Source: Thermoproteota archaeon
GTDB taxonomy: Archaea > Korarchaeota > Korarchaeia > Korarchaeales > Korarchaeaceae
DNA: 64,000 nucleotides
Direction of reading: 5' to 3'
NCBI GenBank assembly: GCA_027491735.1
Contig: JAOZGP010000023.1
Location: forward strand, 32,001-96,000
The notes beneath the pieces are model-generated. The model was not told where the DNA came from, made no database searches, and worked only from the letters and a program-made list of their open reading frames with translations. Positions 19,245 to 29,109 of this stretch are shown here, piece by piece. The number at the start of each line of letters is the position of its first letter. The stretch's first letter is position 1. Made by a program: the position numbers and the translations under genes.

Positions 19245-21275
19245 GTGTGGGATATGGGAGGGGACGTCCTTCTGCATGGAGACGTTTATGCCTGCCTTGA
19301 TCATCTGGAGGATGATTCGATCGCCGTGGCTGTGACCTCCCCGCCCTACTGGAGACAGAGGAATTACAGATTTGAGGGACAGATCGGACAGGAGAAGACG
19401 CCTGAGGAGTACATCGGTCGGTTGGTGAAGGTATACAGCAAGCTTCGCCGGAAGCTCAGAAGGGATGGCGTCTTCTTCCTCAACATCGGAGATAAATACC
19501 TGAATCGATATGGTAAGTCTCATCTCCTGCAGATCCCGTACAGAGTGGCACATCACATGGTGAGGGATGGTTGGCGCCTAGAAGATATAATTATATGGTA
19601 TAAACCGAACCACATGCCCTCCCCGGTCAGGGACAGGTTCACGAACACGTACGAGCCCGTGCTGGTTCTGACGAGGGGCGAGAGTAACATATACAAGAAT
19701 GGATATCCGAGGGTGGTGGAGATACCTCTGCAGCGGACCCCGTGGAGACACACAGCGGTGTACCCCGAAGGTCTGGTGGTGGAGATGCTGAAACGTGTGA
19801 AGTTGGAGGACGGAGATATAGTACTGGATCCCTTCGCAGGAACTGGGACCACTGCTGTGGCTGTGAACAGGGTGAGGAACAGCCCTTACGCCAAGGAGAT
19901 CTACACGATAATGATCGAGAAGGGGGATGAGTTCGTGGACGTGATCAGGGAGAGGGCTAAAGTAAGGGCGGTCGTTCGGGTCGAGGACGTCGATTACGAA
20001 TGGCAGCCCGTTGAGGAGGAGAACCTTCCGGAATGCTTGAGGCCTACCCCGATGCTGAGGGACAGGTACGGAGAGACGTATATCGCTCGAGATCAGGAGG
20101 AGTTTCTATCCGCGTTGAAGGGGATCGCACTCAGAGAGTTCAAGGAGTTTCACAGGGAGGACGCGCTCTACTTCCTCGGGGTGAGGAGATGGGGTCTGGA
20201 CTCATTATATTACGTTCACGTCATATATAGATATGGATATGTTCTGAGGAACATGTTGGTGATATCCGATGGGAACAGCTGGTATCCTGTCTTCATGTTC
20301 GCACGGGATAGCACGAGGGTGGCGTACAGGTTCCACCTCGATAGGGTTAGGGTGAAGCCTAGGACGATGGAGAGGAGGGAATGGATGGAGGAGGAGTTCA
20401 TCGGCATGAGGGTGAGGGACACCTCAGGGAGGACATCTATTGAGGGTCGTGTGGTGAAGATCCTGGAGAAATATGCTGATGGTTTTCCAAAGCTGGTGGT
20501 GGTTCAATGGGGCAAAAAGGCGTCTGTGGAACTTGCCATTCATCCCGAGAAGGATGAGCTCCTGATGGAGGGCGTGAAGTTCCTTTGTCCGAGGTGTTAT
20601 TCCGAGTTGAAGGAGCCCTACGATCCGATAGGAGAAAACTCATGCCCTTCCTGCGGGCAGAGGTTGTGGACGAGCTTGGAGACGGTCCCCGTGGTGCAGG
20701 AACCTCGAGAGATATCCGAGGTTGTGAGGAAACTGGAGGATAACAAACACCACATGGGTCAGATTTTTAATATTAAGGAATTTGAAATAAAGAAAATTTC
20801 ATCATCAAGTAAGTTTTCCTCCTTGGAAAGGATCAACTGGGGGGCATCTCCCGGAGCGAGGAAGCTCATGCTCGGCGAATACTTCACAAAGATGCGCCTT
20901 TACAGAGTGAATCAACCTCTCGTCGCACAATATTTGATCTTACTGAGGAGGTCCAGGAACATGAGCATTCAGGACGTGGTAAGGAGGCTTCCGAGGAGGT
21001 ATCGTCACACAGTTGGTCATTGGTTCAGAAAGGACTTCGGCGGATCTATCCCAATACCCGAGGATATTGAAGTGATAGAGGAGATCCTCGGTGCTCGGGG
21101 CGGCCTGCTCAGGATTCTGAGGAGGACGGCCTTAAAACTTCAAACGGTCAGAGCATCGATCAAAGGTAAGAATCCGGGGGATTACATCAGGGGCAGAAGC
21201 GATGAGGAGCTGGTGAGGTTCCTCAGACTGTTGTATGCTCCATCACAGGGGAGCGCGTCGCGGTCGATGAGGTGA
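19245..21275 (+). CDS. Beta-class N4-C/N6-A DNA methyltransferase with a long C-terminal extension (degenerate second MTase half, Zn ribbon, HTH)
   Basis: Motif IV TSPPYW precedes motif I LDPFAGTGTT. The extension has CPRC..CPSC, an HTH-like segment LRRSRNMSIQDVVRRL..TVGHWF, and GKNPGD. Confidence 0.85.
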   Translation: MWDMGGDVLLHGDVYACLDHLEDDSIAVAVTSPPYWRQRNYRFEGQIGQEKTPEEYIGRLVKVYSKLRRKLRRDGVFFLNIGDKYLNRYGKSHLLQIPYRVAHHMVRDGWRLEDIIIWYKPNHMPSPVRDRFTNTYEPVLVLTRGESNIYKNGYPRVVEIPLQRTPWRHTAVYPEGLVVEMLKRVKLEDGDIVLDPFAGTGTTAVAVNRVRNSPYAKEIYTIMIEKGDEFVDVIRERAKVRAVVRVEDVDYEWQPVEEENLPECLRPTPMLRDRYGETYIARDQEEFLSALKGIALREFKEFHREDALYFLGVRRWGLDSLYYVHVIYRYGYVLRNMLVISDGNSWYPVFMFARDSTRVAYRFHLDRVRVKPRTMERREWMEEEFIGMRVRDTSGRTSIEGRVVKILEKYADGFPKLVVVQWGKKASVELAIHPEKDELLMEGVKFLCPRCYSELKEPYDPIGENSCPSCGQRLWTSLETVPVVQEPREISEVVRKLEDNKHHMGQIFNIKEFEIKKISSSSKFSSLERINWGASPGARKLMLGEYFTKMRLYRVNQPLVAQYLILLRRSRNMSIQDVVRRLPRRYRHTVGHWFRKDFGGSIPIPEDIEVIEEILGARGGLLRILRRTALKLQTVRASIKGKNPGDYIRGRSDEELVRFLRLLYAPSQGSASRSMR

Positions 21276-21284
21276 GGGGATCGC

Positions 21285-21536
21285 GTGTGGAGGGAGGAGT
21301 GTGTAAACAGGGAAGCAGATGTAGGGCTGGGCATCAGGTGGGCAGCAGCACAGTACGGCCTGAACTTCATTCACGTGAGGTGGGAAAGCTTCGACTTCGT
21401 AATACCAAAGTATAGATATGGTGAAGAACCCGTAAGGAGGTTCCTGGAAACTCTTAGATCGAGTGAGTTCAAGGATCAGCTGAGCAGACTGCCGGGATAC
21501 AGGATCCCCGAGAACCTCGGAAGACGCATACTTTAG
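21285..21536 (+). pseudogene. C-terminal remnant of a PBP-type (molybdate-binding / MoeA-associated) domain gene
   Basis: EADVGLGIRWAAAQYGLNFIHVRWESFDFVIP...FLETLRS..F...LPGY is a typical PBP-domain C-terminus; the N-terminal part is absent. Confidence 0.7.
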
Positions 21537-21834
21537 GATTCCTCGCTGCCTGTGCTGTGGAGTGGCGTTCTCATCGGAAGGCAGGGTATTCGAGGAAGGG
21601 CCTCTCAGAGGAAGTGAGAACAAGCGCACGCTGAGCAAGGCTTCATTCGATGTGCTCCCCAATCTTCAGCACGCGAGCTGAAGGTGGATAGCGTCTCTCT
21701 AGGTCCGTGACCAGCTAAGAACCTTTTTCTTGGACTGGGCAGAGCATGTTGTCGTGCGAGAGACATCAAACGCATATCTCATTGCTTCGATGACTTCCGC
21801 TGCTGGAGGGAAATGTTTTGTGGGGACAGCGACC

Positions 21835-22503
21835 TCAGCTGGCCTCAGCACTGACCTCTAATCCGGGGATCCTGACCCTACTGTAGACGTGATCGAGCGC
21901 CTTCAGGGATGCTGATATCCAGATCAGGTAGATGAGACCCGTGAGGAGGTAGACCTGAAGAGGCTTGAACGTCTGAGCTGCTATGCTCTTCGACACGGTG
22001 GTGAGCTCCCTCAGTCCTATCACTATGAGGGCCGAGGTGCTCAGCCCAAGGGAGACGTACTCGTTTGTCCACGAGGGTATCACTACCCTGAAGGCCTGAG
22101 GCAATACCACATGCCTCAAGGTCTGCCAGAAGGTCATCCCGAGGGATTTGGCGGCGAGAAGCTGGTCCTTGAACACCGCCTCGATGGCTCCCTTGAAGTA
22201 ACCCTTCTGATAGGCCCCGCTGTTCAGCATGAGAGTCACCGTCCCGGCCGTGAAGGCATCCCATCTCACACCAGTCACCGTCGGCACAGAGAAGTAGAAC
22301 AGGAGAAGCTGAACTATAAGGGGGCTTCCTCGGAAGAACTCCACGTAAGCTCCTATCAAAGCCCTGAGAGCTCTACCACCGTAGACATCGCCCAGAGCGG
22401 AGAGCACGCCGAGGACGAGGCCCCCGCCTAGCCCGAGGAAGGTCATGACAAGAGTCATCTCAAAGCCCTGAACTATCAGGTAGGAGTAGTCGAGCAGGAA
22501 CAA
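21835..22503 (-). CDS. Polar amino acid ABC transporter permease
   Basis: YVEFFRGSPLIVQL and RHVVLPQAFR HisM/GlnP-type motifs. Confidence 0.9.
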   Translation of the reverse strand: MFLLDYSYLIVQGFEMTLVMTFLGLGGGLVLGVLSALGDVYGGRALRALIGAYVEFFRGSPLIVQLLLFYFSVPTVTGVRWDAFTAGTVTLMLNSGAYQKGYFKGAIEAVFKDQLLAAKSLGMTFWQTLRHVVLPQAFRVVIPSWTNEYVSLGLSTSALIVIGLRELTTVSKSIAAQTFKPLQVYLLTGLIYLIWISASLKALDHVYSRVRIPGLEVSAEAS

Positions 22504-23241
22504 CTAGATCCCTCCCAGAAGCCTTGTCAGGAACCTCCTCGCTCTGGGAGTCTTTGGACTTCTGAGAAGCTGGTCTGGAGGGCCACTTTCCAGGATTTTG
22601 CCACCGTCCATAAAAGATATCTCGTCAGCCACCTCCTTGGCGAAGGCTATCTCGTGGGTGACGACCAGCATTGTGATCCCTCTCTTGGCGAGATCCCTCA
22701 TGACGTCTATGACCTCCCACGTGAGCTCTATGTCCAGGGAGGCGGTCGGCTCGTCAAAGAGTATCACGTCCGGATCCATGGCCAGAGCCCTGGCTATTCC
22801 CACCCTCTGCTGCTGACCTCCTGAGAGCTGAGCTGGATAGTAGTTGGCCCACTCCTCCATCCTCACAGCCTTCAGGGCCTCCATAGCCCTCTCGGTCGCC
22901 TCGTCATTGTTCACCTTCAGGACACATTTGAGACCGATCTTGACATTGTCCAAAGCCGTTAAGTGTCTAAAAAGACTTGGTTCCTGGAAGACAAAACCTA
23001 TCTTAGCTCTGATGATGTTGAGATCAAGTCCTGAGGTGTAGACGTCCCTACCCTCGAAGAAAATCTTCCCCCCGGTCGGAGGCTCCAGGAGGCCCATAAG
23101 CCTTAGGAAGGTGGACTTGCCCGAGCCGCTCGGTCCTATTATGACCTTGGTTTCCCCCTTTTCTATCTCAAAGTCTATCCCTCTGAGAACCTGAAGGTCG
23201 CCATAGCTCTTCCTGAGGTCCCTGCACTTGAGCACGCTCAA
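22504..23241 (-). CDS. Polar amino acid ABC transporter ATPase (GlnQ-like)
   Basis: GPSGSGKST, YPAQLSGGQQQRV, FDEPTASLD and VTHE motifs. Confidence 0.92.
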   Translation of the reverse strand: MSVLKCRDLRKSYGDLQVLRGIDFEIEKGETKVIIGPSGSGKSTFLRLMGLLEPPTGGKIFFEGRDVYTSGLDLNIIRAKIGFVFQEPSLFRHLTALDNVKIGLKCVLKVNNDEATERAMEALKAVRMEEWANYYPAQLSGGQQQRVGIARALAMDPDVILFDEPTASLDIELTWEVIDVMRDLAKRGITMLVVTHEIAFAKEVADEISFMDGGKILESGPPDQLLRSPKTPRARRFLTRLLGGI

Positions 23242-23245
23242 GATC

Positions 23246-23902
23246 TCACCTCAGCCCATACTTGGTCTTCAGCTTGGAGCCCCACCTGTCGAGGTAGTTC
23301 GCTACGGGGAACGTCATAGCCACGTAGATCAGGGCTGCAAGCAGATATGGGTAGATGAAGGACCTAGTGGCTGCCCTCAATATGTCCGAGTACTTGGCGA
23401 GGTCTAGCACCCCCAGCACGAAGGAGTAGGAGGAGTCCTTTATCAGGAGGGCTATCTCGCTCCCCAGACCTGGGAGGGCCACAATGAACGCCTGCGGAAC
23501 TATTATGTGTCTGAACGCCTGGGCCCTCGTCATGCCGAGGGAGATGGCTGCCATCATCTGATCCCTCCCAACGCTGTTCATGGCACTCCTAAATATCTGA
23601 GATTGAAAAGCTCCGCTCCTCAGTCCGAGAGCCACGACAGCGCTGATGAATGGGTCTCTGAAGAGGGGAACTAAGCCTGCAAGTCCGAAGTGCAGGAAGA
23701 GCATTATCACAAGTACGGGAACTCCCCTCATGACCTTATCATATCCCTCGAGAACGGTCGACAGCTCGAAGGACCGCGAGAGCTGTCTGATCATGGCGAT
23801 CGGCATCCCCACAATGAAACCCATGGCGAAGGAGATGAGCGATATGGAGAGAGTTGTGGGAACTCCTTGAAGCAAAAAAATGAGATCTTGAGCGGAGATC
23901 AA
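23246..23902 (-). CDS. Polar amino acid ABC transporter permease
   Basis: RGVPVLV, SGAFQSQIFRS, IIVPQAF and LIKDSS motifs. Confidence 0.9.
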   Translation of the reverse strand: MISAQDLIFLLQGVPTTLSISLISFAMGFIVGMPIAMIRQLSRSFELSTVLEGYDKVMRGVPVLVIMLFLHFGLAGLVPLFRDPFISAVVALGLRSGAFQSQIFRSAMNSVGRDQMMAAISLGMTRAQAFRHIIVPQAFIVALPGLGSEIALLIKDSSYSFVLGVLDLAKYSDILRAATRSFIYPYLLAALIYVAMTFPVANYLDRWGSKLKTKYGLR

Positions 23903-23964
23903 AGTCTTTCCCTCTCATGACAGCGTTTCCTTCTCTCCCGAGATGGTGACAAGCGGACGGGTGA

Positions 23965-24810
23965 TCACCCACTTGTGACGTTCCACTTGGCCCTTATCTG
24001 GTCCACCTTGCCCTCAGCGAAGAGCTCAGCTAGAGCAGCGTCTATCTTCTGCACGAGGATCGGGGAGTCCTTGTTCGCTATGAAAGCCACAGGCCAGTAG
24101 GACCTGGCGTATATCACGGTCAGAGGGATCTTCTCCGTGGAGATCCACCAGGTGGTTATGGGGGTCTCGGCGTACACGGCATCTATCACACCCTTCTCCA
24201 GATCCTTGAGGGCCATTCCAAAGTCCTTGTACGACTTCACCTGGCTCGACTCGAGCGCTCCCTTCTTGACCAAGTTCAACAGTTCAGCTTCCTCGGTGGT
24301 CCCGCTTCCCGTCCCAACCACCATACCGTACTTGGCCACGTCCGATAGAGAGCTCAGCTTTGTTATCCCGAGCTGTTCCGCCTTAGCCTTCGTGGTGATC
24401 AGCTGAACCTGGGTCACGGTGTGCGGCATGGTGTAGAGTATGACTTTCATCCTCTCGGGGGTCACGGAGAACCCGCTCACGCCGAGGTCGACCTCCCCGT
24501 TCTTGACTGCTGATATTATGGCGTCGAAGTCCATTTGCTTCCACTTGACTTCGATCCCCAGCTTCTGAGCAACAGCATTCATGAGGTCGACCTCGTATCC
24601 GACTACCTCGTTGGTCTTAGGGTCTATGAACTCGAAAGGCGGCCAGTCGGGTGACGTGGCCACCACGATGTACCCCCTCTTCTGGACTGATTCCCAAGTC
24701 TGGCCTACAGCCTGAGTCTTTGGATTTGCGGCCGGATATATCAGGTATCCAACAGCGAAAGCGATGATAGCCACAATTACAAGACCTACAACAGACGATT
24801 TGGAGGTCAA
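23965..24810 (-). CDS. Polar amino acid ABC transporter substrate-binding protein
   Basis: TM anchor; ATSPDWPPFEF, GYEVDL and SVTPERM family-3 binding-protein motifs. Confidence 0.9.
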   Translation of the reverse strand: MTSKSSVVGLVIVAIIAFAVGYLIYPAANPKTQAVGQTWESVQKRGYIVVATSPDWPPFEFIDPKTNEVVGYEVDLMNAVAQKLGIEVKWKQMDFDAIISAVKNGEVDLGVSGFSVTPERMKVILYTMPHTVTQVQLITTKAKAEQLGITKLSSLSDVAKYGMVVGTGSGTTEEAELLNLVKKGALESSQVKSYKDFGMALKDLEKGVIDAVYAETPITTWWISTEKIPLTVIYARSYWPVAFIANKDSPILVQKIDAALAELFAEGKVDQIRAKWNVTSG

Positions 24811-24899
24811 ACGATCACCTGCCGAGAGGGCTCGGGGGGAGTATTTATAATTTATGTAATATATGGATCGGATCGAGTCGCTGAAGTTACAAATGCAAC

Positions 24900-25577
24900 T
24901 TAATGTCCACTGGGCCTGAGACTTCTCCTGGTAGTCAGTATGAGGTCCTCCAGCAACTTGTAGGCTGTAGAGGCATCACTCCTGTCGAATATGAGCACCG
25001 TGTCCTTGTAGCAAGAGATGACCTGCGTGACGTTTATTCCATTAGACGAGAGGGTGTAGAGCACCAGCTCGAGAACTCCAGGGGTGACTACTATGTCCTC
25101 CGGGCTCACCATGACTAAGGCCGTCTGATCGCTCAGCGTACTCACGATGAGCCTCTTGGGAAAGATAGACAGGATCCTGGGAAGCAGTTCGCTCGCCACC
25201 ACTATGGAGAAGGTGTCCAATCCTTGGGTCATCTGAAAGAACCTGGCTCTCTCCATCAGACCGATGAGGTCGTCGATCCTCTGCTCCACAGCTGATCTCC
25301 TAACTGTGATCACTCCCAGATCTGTTTGAAGCTCTAGGACGCTCTCGGCTATGACTCTCCTGATCCTCTCCTCGATCTTACCTTTTCTCCTGATATCCGA
25401 GCTGAACCTTATCAGAGCCATCTTTATGGCTCCTACTGAGGCTCTAATCCCCATGTTGTTCAGATCCTCCTGTATGAGCCTGGACAGGGCACTGTAGTTT
25501 ATAACCCCATGCGCCAAGCAGTCCCTGATGGCGGGCCTGGTGAGCACGACTTCTCGGACGTGTTTCGAGACGCTCAT
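24900..25577 (-). CDS. HTH plus ACT-domain protein (putative amino-acid-responsive regulator)
   Basis: N-terminal GVINYSALSR...AIKMALIR helix motif; C-terminal ACT-like TPGV...NGINVTQVISCYKDT. Confidence 0.75.
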   Translation of the reverse strand: MSVSKHVREVVLTRPAIRDCLAHGVINYSALSRLIQEDLNNMGIRASVGAIKMALIRFSSDIRRKGKIEERIRRVIAESVLELQTDLGVITVRRSAVEQRIDDLIGLMERARFFQMTQGLDTFSIVVASELLPRILSIFPKRLIVSTLSDQTALVMVSPEDIVVTPGVLELVLYTLSSNGINVTQVISCYKDTVLIFDRSDASTAYKLLEDLILTTRRSLRPSGH

Positions 25578-26112
25578 TGCAATCCAAACAGAACAATGTA
25601 GTGTTGAATATAAACATCGGTCATTAGGCGGCTACAGCGATCAATCAACCACAGCCAGCAGAGGGGGAAGAACTCGAGGATCTCGGCGGTCTGATATGGA
25701 ACATCTCATTCTGAACTCCTCAAACGGTGCTTCCTGTTCCTGACCTTCCGACAGCAGGCCAGTGAGCCGGAGCTATATTCATCTATCCCCTATAACTATA
25801 TACAATGTGTACGAAAATTCATCTAGGTATTCTATATAAGATAACTATAAATAAATCGCATCTCTAGAACTTCTCGGGGATCACCATGAAGAAGGCTGTG
25901 GTTCTCGAGCTCATGTGGACCGGTGTTCTCTCGCTTTGTCCCCGTTGTCAACCCCGTCCTCTCCCTAGTGTGAGGCATGAGACGATCCCGTCACCGTGAG
26001 CAAGCACCTCTGAGGACCCCGAATCCGGGCAGTGCCGATCGCTCAACCCGAGGTTTCTCGTGGATCCCAGACCTTGTCTCGGATCTTCAACGGCGGAGCG
26101 ATGACGTTCCAT

Positions 26113-27174
26113 TCAAAAAGGTCTGGAGTCACTGTTCCCGATGTACGACAGGAGCTCCGCTATCAGGACAGCATTTCCTGCAGCCCCTCTCACGAGGTTG
26201 TGCCCCAGAGCCACATATCTGTACCAGCGGCCGTGCCACCCGAGTCTCGATATCCTTCCGACGGACACGGACATCCCCCCTCCCTCCGTCCTATCGAGCA
26301 GTGGCTGGGGTCTGTCCACCTTCCTTCTGACCACGATCGGATTAGCAGGAGCCGTCGGCAGGGAGAGGTCTTGGGGAGGGCCTTTAAATCTCGAGAAGCA
26401 CTCTGCGAGCTCTTCCTCGCTGAGCTCCTCGCTGAGCTCCACCAGAACTGACTCCAGATGACCGTGCCTCGTTGGAACTCTCGTAGTCGTAGCGGCTATC
26501 GAGATGTCCGCCTCCCTAACTCCCGAATTTGTCAAGGTTCCTAGGATCTTACGAGGCTCCTTGGAGAGCTTGTCCTCCTCTCTGGGTATATGGGGAATCA
26601 CGTTGTCCGTTATGGCGAGGCTCGGAACCCCAGCGAAGCCAGCCCCGCTGACAGCCTGAAGCGTGGTCACGAAGGCCCTCCTGAGCCCGTGCTCCATGAG
26701 AGGCTTGAGGGTCATCGTCAAGATTGCTGTGGAGCAGTTCGGGTTCTTCACGATTCTTCCCCTCCACCTCCTCTGAATCTTAATGAGAGCTAGATGCTCG
26801 GGGTTGACCTCGGGTACTATCAGGGGTATGTCCGGATCGAGTCTAAGGTTGCTTGAATTGGAGATCACGGTAAATCCCTCCTCGGCGAACTTGGGCTCGA
26901 TATGAGAGGCTATATCACTTGGAAGGGCTGAGAATATGATATCCACTCCTGAGAACTCATTTGGGTCTAGATTCAGAAGCCTGAGCTCAGCCACATCTTC
27001 TGGGAGGCATCTCTCGACGATCCAACTGACCACCTCACCGTAGCTTCTTCCCGATTTCTGGTGAGATGCCGAGAGAGCTACTAAGTCGAACCAAGGATGC
27101 CGTGAGAGAAGAGAGACGAAAACTTGACCTACAAGACCTGTCGCACCCAGGAGTCCTACTTTAAGCCGGTCCAT
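26113..27174 (-). CDS. asd: Aspartate-semialdehyde dehydrogenase
   Basis: GATGLVGQ, PEVNPEH, catalytic NPNCST, QAVSGAG and HNLVRGAAG motifs. Start placed at ATG 27174 (ORF track gives 27192). Confidence 0.95.
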   Translation of the reverse strand: MDRLKVGLLGATGLVGQVFVSLLSRHPWFDLVALSASHQKSGRSYGEVVSWIVERCLPEDVAELRLLNLDPNEFSGVDIIFSALPSDIASHIEPKFAEEGFTVISNSSNLRLDPDIPLIVPEVNPEHLALIKIQRRWRGRIVKNPNCSTAILTMTLKPLMEHGLRRAFVTTLQAVSGAGFAGVPSLAITDNVIPHIPREEDKLSKEPRKILGTLTNSGVREADISIAATTTRVPTRHGHLESVLVELSEELSEEELAECFSRFKGPPQDLSLPTAPANPIVVRRKVDRPQPLLDRTEGGGMSVSVGRISRLGWHGRWYRYVALGHNLVRGAAGNAVLIAELLSYIGNSDSRPF

Positions 27175-28522
27175 CGACCACCACCTCATCATGTATTCTC
27201 CTCACAAGCTCGACAGCCCTATCTGAGTCAACAAGAAGCGTAAGGCTCACTCTTTCACCTCCTCTCGAGATGAGGTAGACGTTCATGTGTTTCAAAAGCC
27301 TTAGAACTTTTTGGAAGTTGTGAGGGCTCCTGAGCCCGCATCCCACAACAACTACGGCGGAGAGATCCTCCTTGACCTTCACGGAGCTGACCACCTTCTT
27401 GGACTTCAGTCTTCTCTCGACGAGGTTCGAGAACCTTTTGGAGCAATCCTTTCTGACAACCACATCTATGACCGTTTCGGAGACTGGTTGTGATATGGCA
27501 CATATGTTGACTCCGGAGTCCCTGGCAAGGGACGCTATCTCAGCGGCAGTCCCTATCCTCCCGACCATCGTAGTCCCCCTGACCTCCACGAGTGCCAGGT
27601 CGCTAACCGCCAAGACGGCCTTCACCTTGTCCTGACAATCGCAGGTCCCCTTAACTAGAGTTGAGCTGCCCTTCGGATTATGAAAACTGATTATCCTGGC
27701 TGGGACACCGCTCCTGATCAGAGGCTCAAACGTGCTCGGATGAAACCTTTTAGCTCCCAGATAGGAGAGCTCCATAGCCTCCTCCAGAGAAAGTCTATTT
27801 ATCGTCCTGGCATTCGGTACGATCTCGGGATTTGCAGTGAGAACACCCTCTACGTCCGTGTAGAACCTGACTTCTGAGGCGTTGAGGGCTGATGCTATGA
27901 GTGTGGCCGAGAGATCGCTTCCTCCACGCCCTAACGTGGTTATGTCCCCTTCGGGAGTCATTCCCAGGAACCCTGTGATCACAGGCACCACCCCTTCCAA
28001 CAGCAGAGGTCTTATCTTCCTCCTGATCCTTGGGTACGTCCTCCTCGTGATGGGTCTGGCCTCTCCGAAGTCCCTGGTGGTGATCACTCCAGCGTCCCCG
28101 CCAGTCATCCAGGTGGATCTCACTCCCCTGGACGTTAAAACATGGCTCATCAGAAGGGCCGATAGTCTCTCCCCAAATGAGAGAACGTAGTCCCTCACCC
28201 GTGGAGTAGCTTCCTTCAGCATCCTCACAGCCCAGACCGTTCTCGAGAGCTCGTTTAATAGATCAGATATTTCCCTCATAGCTTCCTTTGGAAGGTTTAG
28301 ATCTGAGGCGACCTCCCTGTGAAGGTCGAACACTTGCCGGAGATGGCCTTCTGTCCCCTCCATAACCGATCTGAGCTTGTCAGTGATCCCCTTCATCGCT
28401 GAAATCACGACGATGGGAGCACATTCTTGCTCCATCAGGTCCAGAACTATGTCAGCGGCCCCTAGAAAGCTGTACCCTCCCTCGAGGATTGACCCTCCGA
28501 ACTTGACGACCAGAGCTCTCAA
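27161..28522 (-). CDS. lysC: Aspartate kinase
   Basis: VVKFGGS, SFGERLSA, TTLGRGGSD and TDVEGV motifs plus C-terminal ACT domains. Start uncertain (TTG 28522 or GTG 28546). Confidence 0.93.
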   Translation of the reverse strand: MRALVVKFGGSILEGGYSFLGAADIVLDLMEQECAPIVVISAMKGITDKLRSVMEGTEGHLRQVFDLHREVASDLNLPKEAMREISDLLNELSRTVWAVRMLKEATPRVRDYVLSFGERLSALLMSHVLTSRGVRSTWMTGGDAGVITTRDFGEARPITRRTYPRIRRKIRPLLLEGVVPVITGFLGMTPEGDITTLGRGGSDLSATLIASALNASEVRFYTDVEGVLTANPEIVPNARTINRLSLEEAMELSYLGAKRFHPSTFEPLIRSGVPARIISFHNPKGSSTLVKGTCDCQDKVKAVLAVSDLALVEVRGTTMVGRIGTAAEIASLARDSGVNICAISQPVSETVIDVVVRKDCSKRFSNLVERRLKSKKVVSSVKVKEDLSAVVVVGCGLRSPHNFQKVLRLLKHMNVYLISRGGERVSLTLLVDSDRAVELVRRIHDEVVVDGPA

Positions 28523-28632
28523 CGGAGACCACCGCCCAAGGGTCACAGGATGAGATGAGAGGATGCCCCTGGGCGGTGATCCTCATCCGTTTAAAAACAA
28601 TGCCCGATCCTGCTCGGCAATATAACGATACA

Positions 28633-28974
28633 TCAGTAGTTGTGGGTGCCCAGGACCACTTTTACCCCTATCTTCTCCTCTATCAGCCTGGCCCACTCCT
28701 CTGGCCTCATGTAGGGGCATCCGGGCTTGGGATCTACCATGCAGTTGCTCAGGTAGATCTCCTCTGGTTTGACTCCAGAGAGCTTCATGGTCATCTTTAT
28801 GGTGGATATCAAGGTGCTTCCGGGACATTCACACCTCACGAACCCGATAACCTGTACCGGCTCGTCGAAATTGCCCTCTCCGAGAGCCGCGGCCTTGAGG
28901 CACCTCCACTCCCCAGGACATCCGTACGTCTCATCCATATAGCGCCCACATCCCACTATAAACACCTTCTTCAT
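28633..28974 (-). CDS. CGGC-domain metal-binding protein
   Basis: IVGC..GCPG..C...GFVRCECPG...SNC...CP...VVLGTH pattern. Confidence 0.8.
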   Translation of the reverse strand: MKKVFIVGCGRYMDETYGCPGEWRCLKAAALGEGNFDEPVQVIGFVRCECPGSTLISTIKMTMKLSGVKPEEIYLSNCMVDPKPGCPYMRPEEWARLIEEKIGVKVVLGTHNY

Positions 28975-29109
28975 GACACCACCCTGGAGTGGTCCCACCG
29001 AACCTTAAACGCATTTCGCTCATCACTAAAAAATCCATCAAGAGCTCAGCAAGTTCTCTCTCCAACCCTCCTTTGATTTTTCATGAGAAGATCCTAGCTC
29101 ACAGGAGAT

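Noticed and set aside
4342-21578. Recurrent 10-mer TCTCATCGGA at 4342, 16731 and 21569 (also inside a CDS at about 51910)
   Set aside because: Noticed post hoc and built from words that are common in this genome; flanks are not shared, and only the 16731 copy has a paired CTGA in a stem.
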